Part shown: positions 18,486 to 27,520 of the stretch, in pieces
How positions within the stretch are numbered: the first letter of the stretch is position 1
Layout: every line of letters begins with the position of its first letter
Source: a virus
Length of the DNA stretch: 64,000 bases
Reading direction: 5' to 3' (one strand)
IMG/VR virus record: IMGVR_UViG_3300036719_006047
Span: 1-64,000 of that record
The notes under the pieces: model-generated
The model's database searches: none
Told to the model about the DNA's origin: nothing
Seen by the model: the letters and a program-made list of their open reading frames with translations, nothing else
Program-made: the position numbers and the translations under genes

Positions 18486-18514
18486 ATCCTAATCTCGGCC
18501 CTGCCCAGTGTCAA
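18486..18514 (-). promoter_or_regulatory. Sigma70-like promoter
   Basis: TTGACA-N17-TAGGAT ending 18 nt upstream of ATG 18468; a second TTGACA at 18516-18521. Confidence 0.65.
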
Positions 18515-18517
18515 CTG

Positions 18518-18754
18518 TCAATTTGGGAGGGACTTCAGCCACCGGCTTGCTGCTTCTGCGATGGTCAAGTAGTTCATCACCTGAGGCTCGACTTTCAGCC
18601 GAGTGGCGACAACCGCGACTTGCTCTTCTTGGTTCTGGATGACTGCGAGAAGCAAGACGCGCAAGCTGCGATCGTCCATCTTCTGCAGTGCTTCGATCGC
18701 ATGCATCAAACCTACCTCTCTTTGGCCCTTGGCTGTTAGTCTTTCCACGTCCAC
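18518..18754 (-). CDS. Small hypothetical protein
   Basis: 78-aa helical ORF overlapping the end of the nuclease gene. Confidence 0.55.
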   Translation of the reverse strand: MDVERLTAKGQREVGLMHAIEALQKMDDRSLRVLLLAVIQNQEEQVAVVATRLKVEPQVMNYLTIAEAASRWLKSLPN

Positions 18755-20064
18755 TTGGGGTCACCCTTGCTGGTGTGACCCCAACGACAACGATCCAGGA
18801 ACTCGCAGGCCCCGTAGCGGTGGAAGCACGTAAGCTCGTTCATCGCTTTGGGCCACAAGTGAATCGGTCTGCTGCTCTCCTGCATGCGAATGATCGATTC
18901 CTCGATGTCTTCGACAGTCTGCTCGAATTGAGCCTCGAAGTGAGGCGCGGAAGGCAGGCTGATTCGCTCGAACTTGGGCGTCTTGCTGACTTCAATCAAG
19001 TTGAGCTTCAGGCCGACAGTCTCGGGGTGATGCTGTCGGGCCAAGTATTGGTAGCCAATCAACTGACCTGAAGCAGAATAGTACTGCTTGTGCGAAGGAG
19101 TGAGCCGGCTTGTCGTGTTGTGGGTCACGATGCCGTTTCCAGTAACGAAGGTGTGGAACTTAGGCACCTCGATGTCGTAGCACCACACAGCCGGCATCGT
19201 CAGATTGCCCGTTACTCTTACCCACTCCAACACCTTCGGCAGCTCTCCGTTCGCAGGAAGTCCTCGAGCAACAAGCTCATCCGTCTGGATGAAACAAGCC
19301 TTCTTCCAGCCCGACTTCGTCAAGATGGGATGGTTGTAGCCGTACTCTTCGCTGCTTCCGTCAATGAAATACAGTCGGTTGACGTTCATCATCCCCGCTC
19401 TCTCAGGGGCACGAGCCTCCGACCACGAAAATGACTTTTTGTCCTCGTCGTAAGCGAGACAAGTCCAAGGTCTTTTTGCTTCAAAGAGCGCGCCTACGGT
19501 CATGACGCCCCTTGGCGTCAAAACCCGCGTCGAAGCGGGCAGGCACTTGTGGTCTGCGGCCCACAGGCGGCCTCCCGCGTCATGCCACAACAAGTCAATC
19601 CGTCCCGTGAAAAGATACTTTCCTCGGATCGTGTGCTCGTAGAGCTTCTCGACACCGAAAATTTTGAGGTTCTTCTCGTCGAGAGGATAGTGATCGCAGT
19701 AGGCTTCGAACACCTCAAGAACAAGAGGAACGAACTCTTCGCCTCCGATCACTTTGGCGATGAAGGGAACTGCCTCTTTCGGATGCTCGTAAAGTTCAGG
19801 ATCTCTGCCGTTTTGCTCTTCCATCATTCGAGCGTAGTGCTGAGCCAGTGCCAAGTGCATCAGGCTGCCCTTCGCCAAGGCAGGACTGCCTGGCCCCTCT
19901 TTCTCCTTCACGCCATCTTCTGTGCCTGTTCCGTACGACCAGGCATATTTCTGCAAGCACTCAGCCCCCTGCTGGAGACGGTGCCACCCTCGAGACGAAG
20001 AACCCGTAAAGATGATAAGAGGCTCAGGTTTATGCACTTTGACTCCCAGGCAGTCATTTGGCAA
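18736..20064 (-). CDS. Cas4/RecB-like PD-(D/E)xK exonuclease with intein
   Basis: GVE, GRIDLL, ADHK|T active site; one N-terminal Cys (AECLQK) plus C-terminal C-x6-C-x5-C cluster (putative 4Fe-4S). Confidence 0.8.
   Translation of the reverse strand: MPNDCLGVKVHKPEPLIIFTGSSSRGWHRLQQGAECLQKYAWSYGTGTEDGVKEKEGPGSPALAKGSLMHLALAQHYARMMEEQNGRDPELYEHPKEAVPFIAKVIGGEEFVPLVLEVFEAYCDHYPLDEKNLKIFGVEKLYEHTIRGKYLFTGRIDLLWHDAGGRLWAADHKCLPASTRVLTPRGVMTVGALFEAKRPWTCLAYDEDKKSFSWSEARAPERAGMMNVNRLYFIDGSSEEYGYNHPILTKSGWKKACFIQTDELVARGLPANGELPKVLEWVRVTGNLTMPAVWCYDIEVPKFHTFVTGNGIVTHNTTSRLTPSHKQYYSASGQLIGYQYLARQHHPETVGLKLNLIEVSKTPKFERISLPSAPHFEAQFEQTVEDIEESIIRMQESSRPIHLWPKAMNELTCFHRYGACEFLDRCRWGHTSKGDPKWTWKD
19117..19545 (-). 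mobile_element. Mini-intein in nuclease active site (143 aa)
   Basis: DHK|CLPASTRVLTPRG ... YNHP ... CYDIEV..FHTFV.GNGIVTHN|T. Confidence 0.9.
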
Positions 20065-20091
20065 AGCCCCGTAAGCTGCCTGCCTGGGACG

Positions 20092-20454
20092 TCAAGCTTC
20101 CTTCTTCTCTTTCTTTTCCTTCCGCACTTGTTCGTACAGAATAACTGGCTCGCAGACTTTCAGGCGAACAAGTTCTCGTGCCAATTCAGTTGCTCCGGGG
20201 ACAGAAAGACCGAAGCTGATCCAAGTTCTTTTTGTTCCCGGGTGATCGTTGCAGACCTGGCATGCGCGCAAAGCCCCTTCTGGTACAACTTTCCCCTCGT
20301 GAACCAAAACAAGTGCTCGCTCTTCGCCCCGCCTCATCTGTACCACTGTCGGAGGCTTCGCTCCAAACGGCCCATCCACGATAAGCCTACTGTCTTCTGC
20401 GTAAGGAGTAGGCACGAGGTACAGCGAGCGAACAGTACGGTATTCCGTGCCCAC
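20092..20454 (-). CDS. Hypothetical protein
   Basis: GTG start overlapping the UvrD stop; contains CQVC. Confidence 0.6.
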   Translation of the reverse strand: MGTEYRTVRSLYLVPTPYAEDSRLIVDGPFGAKPPTVVQMRRGEERALVLVHEGKVVPEGALRACQVCNDHPGTKRTWISFGLSVPGATELARELVRLKVCEPVILYEQVRKEKKEKKEA

Positions 20455-22397
20455 TACGGTCTCCGAGATGCGATGCGGAACCCCGCGATGGTCGGCAGAG
20501 CTGGCTCGTTGTCTTCGGGCAGTTCAGGCAGAGCTTCAGGCTTGAACCACTCCCGCTTCAGAAGCCGCGTCATTCCCGCTCTGGCACCCTCGTTATTGGT
20601 GTTCGCGTAGAACAAATGAAGGTTCATCTTAGCCCGCGAAAGAGCTACATAAAGCAGCCTCTCCTCTTCGTGAATCTCGAGACCCACACTACGCTTGTGC
20701 GGGATGAGCCCATCGGTCACATCGACGTGAACCTCGTCCCATTCAAGACCCTTCGCTTTGTGGATCGTGCTGAGAAGGACGACACCTTCTGTGTTCGAGG
20801 ACACAGCGCGGTTGATAAACGCAGTGAAGTCCGCGTAGCTGTCGCACCTCTCCGCCGCGATCATGACTGCGGCGAGCACGCCAAGAGTGTCGGTCTCGTG
20901 GACCTCGCCTTCGTCCTCTGTGTTCTTCATCAGGAGCTGGAATACATGGCGCGCCTGATGCTTGTAGGCAAGGGCACAGCCTGCCTCCAAGAAGTAGCTC
21001 AACTCCATCAAGTTGTTTTCGGTACCCTTCTTGAGATTCCCGCTGCGCATCACTCGGCGAAGGGTGAGGTAGATCGGTTCTTTGACGTTGCGGGGCGTGT
21101 GCTTCAGCAACTGCGCGAACTGAGTGCTGACGAACCGCTTAGGCGTGTTGAGCACTTCGCTGAGTGCTTCGAGCGAGTTCTCGTTCATCGCTTTGAGGTA
21201 ATTCACCATCACCCGAGCTTCCCACGACTTGAACAGCGAGCTTTGCCCGGCCACCATGACCGGCACACCGATGCTCACGAAGGCGGCTTCGATCGTAGCG
21301 ATCTGGCCGTTGGTGCGGCACAGGACTACTCGAGACCGCTCGATTCCGTTCTCCTTGTCCGTCAGCACACTCTCTGCGATGCGCAGGCCCGCGTCAAAGG
21401 AACTGTCGTGGGCGCTGACCCGAACACCGCTAAAGCTGTCGGCGGGCTTGGTAGCCTGAACATGAGAGCCGATGTCCCACTTCTTCCCCGCAGAATAGGT
21501 GTTGCACAGCTCAACCACATCGGGGGTAGAACGATAGTTGAACCTCAGCTCTCTTGTCTGCGCCTGCAGCTCAATCTCTGCGTTCTGGAAGATGTGAGGG
21601 TAAGCTCCACGCCATTCGTGCACGCACTGGCGAAGATCACCGATCAACACGATTTTGCCTTGCCTTGCGGCCAAAAGCTTTGTGATGTCGGCCTGGATCT
21701 TGTTGTTGTCCTGCGCCTCGTCGACAATGACAACGCGGAAGTTTGACCCTCCTTCCTGCTCCAGCTTGGTGTGCCAAGCCAGCAAGACGTCATCGAACTC
21801 CCAAGCGCCGAGCTTCTGCTTCGCGCGCTCGACCATCGCCCAGGCAAGCTTGAACTGCGGGGCTTCTCTGACGTGTTTTGCTTCATGGACTCGAACACCT
21901 GCCGCGCGCTGCAGCCCGACGTGCTTCAAGTGAGCGTCGTGCTTGTCGGCGCACTTCAGCGATTCCTCTCCTGTGCCGGGCATGTTCCCGAAAACGACAG
22001 CGTTGCGCCACATCATGGAGGTCGAGGGGATGTTCTTCTCCCTTTGCCCAGGGCCCAGGTCCATGCACTTGTGCATGGGCCACGAAGAAGGGTTGTTGTA
22101 CCGCAGTTGATTGAGCCCGACGGCGTGGAAGGTGCCGACAGTGAGCTGTCGCGTGGCCGCTGCGCCGACAGCAACCTCGAGCCTCTGCTTGAGCTCGCCC
22201 GCCGCCTTGTTGGCGAAGGTGATGACGCAGATGTCTGAGGCCGCGATCTCATCGACAATCAACAGCTTCGCGATCAGTGCGACAACCGTTGTCGTTTTCC
22301 CGCTGCCCGCAGCGGCGACAACGCGCAGGTTAGAATCTACTGAAGGACTCCACCGAACAACGTTGACCTGATCTTCATCGAGCGCATCGAAATCCAT
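20454..22397 (-). CDS. uvrD: UvrD/PcrA/Rep-family SF1A helicase
   Basis: AAAGSGKTT, ITFANKAA, TFHA, VDEAQD, GDLRQC, NYRST, STIHKAKGLEW, EERLLYVALSRAK. Confidence 0.92.
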   Translation of the reverse strand: MDFDALDEDQVNVVRWSPSVDSNLRVVAAAGSGKTTTVVALIAKLLIVDEIAASDICVITFANKAAGELKQRLEVAVGAAATRQLTVGTFHAVGLNQLRYNNPSSWPMHKCMDLGPGQREKNIPSTSMMWRNAVVFGNMPGTGEESLKCADKHDAHLKHVGLQRAAGVRVHEAKHVREAPQFKLAWAMVERAKQKLGAWEFDDVLLAWHTKLEQEGGSNFRVVIVDEAQDNNKIQADITKLLAARQGKIVLIGDLRQCVHEWRGAYPHIFQNAEIELQAQTRELRFNYRSTPDVVELCNTYSAGKKWDIGSHVQATKPADSFSGVRVSAHDSSFDAGLRIAESVLTDKENGIERSRVVLCRTNGQIATIEAAFVSIGVPVMVAGQSSLFKSWEARVMVNYLKAMNENSLEALSEVLNTPKRFVSTQFAQLLKHTPRNVKEPIYLTLRRVMRSGNLKKGTENNLMELSYFLEAGCALAYKHQARHVFQLLMKNTEDEGEVHETDTLGVLAAVMIAAERCDSYADFTAFINRAVSSNTEGVVLLSTIHKAKGLEWDEVHVDVTDGLIPHKRSVGLEIHEEERLLYVALSRAKMNLHLFYANTNNEGARAGMTRLLKREWFKPEALPELPEDNEPALPTIAGFRIASRRP

Positions 22398-22422
22398 CTT
22401 ACCCTCTTGGTTTTGAGACAGG

Positions 22423-22818
22423 TCAGGGACGCTTTCTTTGCTTATCCCTGATCTCCAGCAAGAACTGTGTCGCCCTCGTGGCGGTCTCGCTGTTGTCGTG
22501 CTTGTCTGGGTGACAGAGCTTAATCAGATTCTTCAATGTTTCGGGGTCAATATCGACATCAGAAGAAGGAGCAGCTTTTCTCTGCGCCAAGGCTTGGTTG
22601 GCTTCGGCCAAAGCCTTTTGTATCCGTTCAAGTTCAGTCTGTGCCCAAAGGAAGTTCAGGTCTCCCTTCACGAGCTCGAAGCCTTTCTTATTCTTAAAGC
22701 AGATCAAACATGTTCTGGCCCATGCTTCCGGCCGCGGATAACACTTTCCACAGCTCTCGCAGACAGCCAGCGGCCAGGACGTGACGTCACTCACGTCCTG
22801 GCCCGGCTTAAAGGTCAC
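22423..22818 (-). CDS. Zn-ribbon protein with C-terminal J-domain-like HPD motif
   Basis: CESC..CLIC ribbon, coiled coil, LIKLCHPDKH. Confidence 0.65.
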   Translation of the reverse strand: MTFKPGQDVSDVTSWPLAVCESCGKCYPRPEAWARTCLICFKNKKGFELVKGDLNFLWAQTELERIQKALAEANQALAQRKAAPSSDVDIDPETLKNLIKLCHPDKHDNSETATRATQFLLEIRDKQRKRP

Positions 22819-23930
22819 TCGGAATCGCCGTCGTTGTCGACGACATCGACCTCGGAATCGTCTTCCTGCTCTTCGTCAGCATTCTCGCCCTCGAAGTCAG
22901 TATCATCGTCGTCGCCATCATCGGCGTCGGCATCGGAGTCGTCATGGTCGGGCTCAACCGCATCGAGGGAATCAGCGTCGGGCGCGACCTCGTCGGTCGT
23001 CTCGCCCTGAGCGTCATCGCTCTCGGCCTTCTTGCTCTTGCGAGACTTCTTGCCCTCGGCATTCTTCGCCTCGGCCTTCTTGCGCTCGCGCTCCTCGGCC
23101 TTTGCCACAGCCTCCTCCTCGACCGCGGTGAGGAAGCGCACCATCCAGCTGTCGTCGGGAGCGTCACCGGTGGCGAACCACTCCAGAACTGCGCGCTGGG
23201 CCGGCTTGAGCATCGAAGCGCTGTCTGAGTCAAGCGCCTTCTTCACCCAGGCCCGCTTCACGCCCTGCTGCTCCTTCTTCTTGCGGCCGGAATCGACCGA
23301 AGGAGCGGAAGCGGTCGGACGCTCGAGGCGCTTGAGCAGCTTTGCCAGCTCAGCGAGCTGCTCGTCGCGGCCCAGCAGAGCCAGCTCCAGACCCACAGAG
23401 GCCGAGATCTTGCCCTCCTCGATGGCAGTATGAACGCTGGGATCGGCCTGGACAAGGCGCAGGTAGTTGCGCACCGTCTGAACGCTGCAGCCGAACGAGA
23501 TGCTGACCTCGTCGTGGCTCAGACCCTGGTTGAACAGGCGGGCGGCCTTCCGGGCCTTGGTCAGAATAGCGTCGGCGCGCCGGATCTCGTTGGTGGAGAC
23601 CATGATGCCCGAGACCACGCGGTCCTCAGCCATGACGGTGATGACGGGCACCTTGAGCGTGACCTCACCAGCAGCGGAAAGCTCTTCGTTCGCCTGGCGG
23701 GCAGCACGCACACGCTGCCGACCGTCGACAACGACAAAATTGCCGTCGTCGTTCCGGCAAATGACCGGAGACTGGATGCCGTACATCTTGATGTTCTTGA
23801 CGAGATTCTCGTCAACATCGAGCGAAATCCGCTCGTCGTACAGCAGGGCGTCCTCGCCCTGAGTGTCGTCCAGGCCGACAATGTGGATGTTCTTGGGATC
23901 GAGGTAGGTAACAGAGCGCTGGTTGGCCAC
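22815..23930 (-). CDS. ParB/Srx-like N-terminal domain protein with HTH and long acidic tail
   Basis: LVKNIKMYGIQSPV...VVVDGRQRVRAA, NEIR, HTH-like GLSHDEVSISFGCSVQTVRNYL, D/E-rich last ~50 aa. Confidence 0.8.
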   Translation of the reverse strand: MANQRSVTYLDPKNIHIVGLDDTQGEDALLYDERISLDVDENLVKNIKMYGIQSPVICRNDDGNFVVVDGRQRVRAARQANEELSAAGEVTLKVPVITVMAEDRVVSGIMVSTNEIRRADAILTKARKAARLFNQGLSHDEVSISFGCSVQTVRNYLRLVQADPSVHTAIEEGKISASVGLELALLGRDEQLAELAKLLKRLERPTASAPSVDSGRKKKEQQGVKRAWVKKALDSDSASMLKPAQRAVLEWFATGDAPDDSWMVRFLTAVEEEAVAKAEERERKKAEAKNAEGKKSRKSKKAESDDAQGETTDEVAPDADSLDAVEPDHDDSDADADDGDDDDTDFEGENADEEQEDDSEVDVVDNDGDSE

Positions 23931-24013
23931 TTGCTTCTCCTGAGTGGTGATTCTTCTTCACACGAAGACCGAAAACCGTCAAGCTACTGGGTCGAACTTT
24001 TTTGGGCTTCACT

Positions 24014-24661
24014 CTAAATTTCGTTCAGAATCAACTGTCGAGCGATGTCAATGGTCATTCGAACATCGTTGAGGGCGTTGTGGGCTGCTCCTCTGGGCTG
24101 CGTCAAACCGAGATGGCCCCAGACGTCCGCCAGCCGATATCTGCTCAGTCTGGGGAAGCCTTGGCGAGCAGCGCCCAACAGACAGCCGTTTAATGCTTTG
24201 ATCTTGCCGCACTTCCAGTCGGGCCACCGAATAGCCTCTTTCAAGTCGAGGCCGGCATCGTTCATCAAGATGGTCAAAATGGTCTGGTCAAAGCTGCTGT
24301 TGTAGGCTAACCAGTAAACTTCTTCGGCAGAGGCTGAAGTTTTTCCGGCCAGCTCCTCCAACCACTTTTCAGTCTTAGCCCAAGCTGCTGAAGCCGACAA
24401 CCCTTTTTCTTCTACTTCTTCTTTTTTTAGCCCGTTGACTGAAAAAGCTTTTTCAGACTGAGGAGACCAAACGACTGGCCTGATCATCAGTTCGAGCGGA
24501 GGGCCTAGCACAGTAAAGAACTTCCCTTCAGCTAAAGCTGAGGGAGAAAGATCTACTTCTACTGCTTCGGCCGCTACAACAACCGCTCTCTCTGCTGACT
24601 TCAAACCGTTCCGGGGAATCCCCGTTGTCTCAGTGTCCACTACAATCAGAAGCTGCTTCAT
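24014..24661 (-). CDS. DEDDh 3'-5' exonuclease (DnaQ-like)
   Basis: VDTETTG, AYNSSFD, HNALND. Confidence 0.85.
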   Translation of the reverse strand: MKQLLIVVDTETTGIPRNGLKSAERAVVVAAEAVEVDLSPSALAEGKFFTVLGPPLELMIRPVVWSPQSEKAFSVNGLKKEEVEEKGLSASAAWAKTEKWLEELAGKTSASAEEVYWLAYNSSFDQTILTILMNDAGLDLKEAIRWPDWKCGKIKALNGCLLGAARQGFPRLSRYRLADVWGHLGLTQPRGAAHNALNDVRMTIDIARQLILNEI

Positions 24662-24664
24662 TGA

Positions 24665-26506
24665 TCACCCGAAGTCGAGGCAGTCTAACACTGACTGCGC
24701 GAACGTCTCGGGGTCAATTTGATCAATTCCCGCCAAGACGGGACCTGCCTCTGCGAGTTCGACGTCGCCCACAATCTTTTCGACAGCAGGAAGCTTGTCG
24801 ATCAAGATGTTGGCTACGTGCTCATCCACAGTACCTTCTGCAATGATGTAGTAGATGATTACGGACCTCTTCTGACCCAGACGGCAGAAGCGCCCTTCCC
24901 ACTGCCGAAGCTGGCCGGGATCGTAGGGAAGCATCACAAAGAGAGCGGCGTCGGTGTCGTGGATGTTGAGAGATTCACCGAATGCCGCGCCCGTGCCGAC
25001 CAGAACGCACGGGCCTGGATGAGCCATGTAGTCGTCGATGATATCCTGGCGCGCCTTGGTAGAAGTCTCTCCGTGAGCCGACCAGACCTGCGCGTTGTGG
25101 TGCTTCACGGCCTGGTTTGCCCGCACCTCGTCTCCGAGCTTATCGCAGTCCGCCTTACGCCCCGTAAAAACAACTACTTTCTGCCCAGACTCGACGTGGC
25201 TCTCGATCAACGACAGTACGGACTTCCTCTTCATGCTCGCAGAGCGCGCCAACTGTGCTTCCAGGATGGCGCCAGGCCCTCGCTTGGCTGCTTCCTTGAG
25301 CTGAGCCGCGAATCCAGCAGAGGGCTTGCACTGCTCTTCTGGCGGGATGTAGACAGACTGCCTTCTCTTCGGCGGCAAGCCTCTGTGGGTCTGACGGTAG
25401 TCGAGCACATGCGCCACATGAGCGATGCGTGCGTTGAGCTCTTCGATGTTGCTCTGGCCCGTCGTGTCAAAGCCGCCGTAGATACCGGGCTTTCTGTCGC
25501 AGTAGCGATCTTGCCACGCCGTTGTGCTGCCCCAGGCGTTTGGCTCGACGAGATCGAGCTGAGCGTAAAGATCGCGAACACGGTCCTTGATGGGAGTAGC
25601 TGTCGTAGCGATGCGTTTTTTGGCGTACCGAGCCACGTTGGCAGCAGATGTCGCCAAGGAGACGTGAGGTACGAACATCTTCCTGCCGTCTTCCGTGTCC
25701 TTGATGAAGCCGTCCTTCTGCTTCGCGAGGTCTTGGTCCTGCTTGATCTGCTTGTTGCGCTCAGCCTCGTTCTCACTCAAGTCGGGCAAGGAGATAACGT
25801 CAAAGCGCTTCGAATTCTTCGCACGGTGAGCCTCGTCGCAGATCATCGGACCGATGCCTGCCTCGATAAGGACTTTTTCGTTGATGACGAGGTTCTCCCA
25901 ACCGCACACGATCACAGCCCTTCGCTGTTCTCTTTTGCACTCCTCGAGATAGTCTTCGAGCTTCTTCGAGTTCTTCCTCAACTGGGAGGAAGGACGAACG
26001 ACATAGGCCCTGAGGTTGGTGAAGCGCTCGACTTCACGGGCGTACTGAATGCGGCTGGCTGCTCGGGTCAAGATGAGCATCGTTCCAGGCTGAGATAGAC
26101 CGCACACGATGCCAGTCAAGGTCTTCCCAGCTCCCGTTGAGTGCCAGAAGTGAACTCCCGACAAGCCCCATCCGAACGACAGCGCCTCCCACTGGTAGGC
26201 GGTCAAGAAGTCCTCGATAACAAAGTCCTTGACTTCTCCTGCCTTCTTCAGCTCCGCAAAAATCTCATCTTTGGGCGTGGGCCGCTTGCCCGGCGCCTTC
26301 TCCCAGGAAGCTGACCTGATTTCAATGTCGTGATCTGCGCAAATCTGTTCAACAGCCTCAACAGCATTCATCGGAACGAGCCAGTAATGCCGCTTATCTT
26401 TGACGCCCGGAACCTTGAGCAAGGCTGCAATGAAGTCGGGCGTTGTGCTGAGATTGGTCGAGAAGTTCAGTCTTACAGTAGGGGCAAGTACATCCCAGAG
26501 GTTCAT
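24665..26506 (-). CDS. SNF2-family (SF2) helicase
   Basis: HSTGAGKT, ICDEAH, TATPIKD, GESLNI, QWEGRFCRLGQ. Confidence 0.85.
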   Translation of the reverse strand: MNLWDVLAPTVRLNFSTNLSTTPDFIAALLKVPGVKDKRHYWLVPMNAVEAVEQICADHDIEIRSASWEKAPGKRPTPKDEIFAELKKAGEVKDFVIEDFLTAYQWEALSFGWGLSGVHFWHSTGAGKTLTGIVCGLSQPGTMLILTRAASRIQYAREVERFTNLRAYVVRPSSQLRKNSKKLEDYLEECKREQRRAVIVCGWENLVINEKVLIEAGIGPMICDEAHRAKNSKRFDVISLPDLSENEAERNKQIKQDQDLAKQKDGFIKDTEDGRKMFVPHVSLATSAANVARYAKKRIATTATPIKDRVRDLYAQLDLVEPNAWGSTTAWQDRYCDRKPGIYGGFDTTGQSNIEELNARIAHVAHVLDYRQTHRGLPPKRRQSVYIPPEEQCKPSAGFAAQLKEAAKRGPGAILEAQLARSASMKRKSVLSLIESHVESGQKVVVFTGRKADCDKLGDEVRANQAVKHHNAQVWSAHGETSTKARQDIIDDYMAHPGPCVLVGTGAAFGESLNIHDTDAALFVMLPYDPGQLRQWEGRFCRLGQKRSVIIYYIIAEGTVDEHVANILIDKLPAVEKIVGDVELAEAGPVLAGIDQIDPETFAQSVLDCLDFG

Positions 26507-26569
26507 TCGAGCGCTCCATTGACAACTGGCACTCGATAACAGCGCAGCGCGCTCAACGTCAACTCAGTC

Positions 26570-27517
26570 TTATGCCTTTTCTACTTGACTTTCATCCACT
26601 ACGAAGAATCTGTCCTTGGCCTCGGACTGAAACTTTATTTCGTACTTGGGTGCGCCTTCTCGGGGAGGCAGTATCACTCTGACCACTTCTCCTGCGCGAG
26701 GGCTGCCTTGCCGCTTCACCCTCTCTCCGACTTTGAACTTGGTCTCAATTTGAGGCTGAGGCGCGTCTTCTTTCGGTCCGCCAGACGACTTGGGTACGCT
26801 TTCTTGCTCACTCTCTATGCCAAACATGTTTTCGAGTGAAGTAAGCAGTGCCCGGTGACGGGCAACAAGCTCTTGCTTCTGCCTCTTGTTCTCTTCGAGC
26901 TTTTTGTTTAGGCCCCTTCTCTTCTTCTCGGAATCAGCCGTTTGCTGCTTTCTGGCGGCTATCTTCTTCAAGCCTTCTTCGAGCTTGTAGCCTTCTTGGA
27001 TGAGATGTGCTGCGAGCCGCTGGTTCGCTTCCATCTCCGCTTGCGGCCCGTAGCCCACTTGCGGCTCGATGAACCTGGGCAGCATTCTGCCTTTGCCGGC
27101 CGGAACGAGCGTTTTCTCGAAAGACACAGCCGCGATGGGGTAGTTCTCTGAGGTCTTTGCTTTGTTCGGGAACTTGACTCGAACGGAGACGGAATCGTGG
27201 GGTCTACCTTGAGGGCGTACTACGTTGATCCCGTGTGCTTGTTCGATCAGCCTCCGAGCTTCACGAAGAGCTTTTCTTCTCGTTCGATCTACTCCAGGTG
27301 AATCAAGCTCTTTGCCGAGCTTCCGGTAGACCGATCGAGCTTTGCTGACGTCTCTTTTCAGTCCCTCTTTCGCAAGCCACAGCGCAAGCGAGCTGCTTCT
27401 TCCTGCCACATTTTCTGCGTATTCTTCTTCCGCAGCCGCTTCGATTGCTTCTGCCGCTTCTTTTTCTACTTCGCTGCTGATGTCCTCCTCGTCGTCGTCG
27501 TCAAATCCGAAGCCCAT
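26570..27517 (-). CDS. Hypothetical protein: acidic N-terminus, coiled coil, C-terminal KOW/SH3-like segment
   Basis: 315-aa ORF; C-terminal FKVGERVKR...GEVVRV pattern. Confidence 0.65.
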   Translation of the reverse strand: MGFGFDDDDEEDISSEVEKEAAEAIEAAAEEEYAENVAGRSSSLALWLAKEGLKRDVSKARSVYRKLGKELDSPGVDRTRRKALREARRLIEQAHGINVVRPQGRPHDSVSVRVKFPNKAKTSENYPIAAVSFEKTLVPAGKGRMLPRFIEPQVGYGPQAEMEANQRLAAHLIQEGYKLEEGLKKIAARKQQTADSEKKRRGLNKKLEENKRQKQELVARHRALLTSLENMFGIESEQESVPKSSGGPKEDAPQPQIETKFKVGERVKRQGSPRAGEVVRVILPPREGAPKYEIKFQSEAKDRFFVVDESQVEKA

Positions 27518-27520
27518 CGG

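Noticed and set aside
18736-20064. CRISPR-associated cas4
   Set aside because: No cas1/cas2 or array is present; solo Cas4-like nucleases are common in viral recombination modules.
19549-21746. 353-aa and 376-aa plus-strand ORFs
   Set aside because: Antisense to well-supported nuclease and UvrD genes, with no motifs.
24719-26098. 459-aa plus-strand ORF
   Set aside because: Antisense shadow of the SNF2 helicase, with no motifs.
26519-26545. TTGACA promoter on the plus strand
   Set aside because: No acceptable -10 at 16-18 nt and no downstream plus-strand gene.
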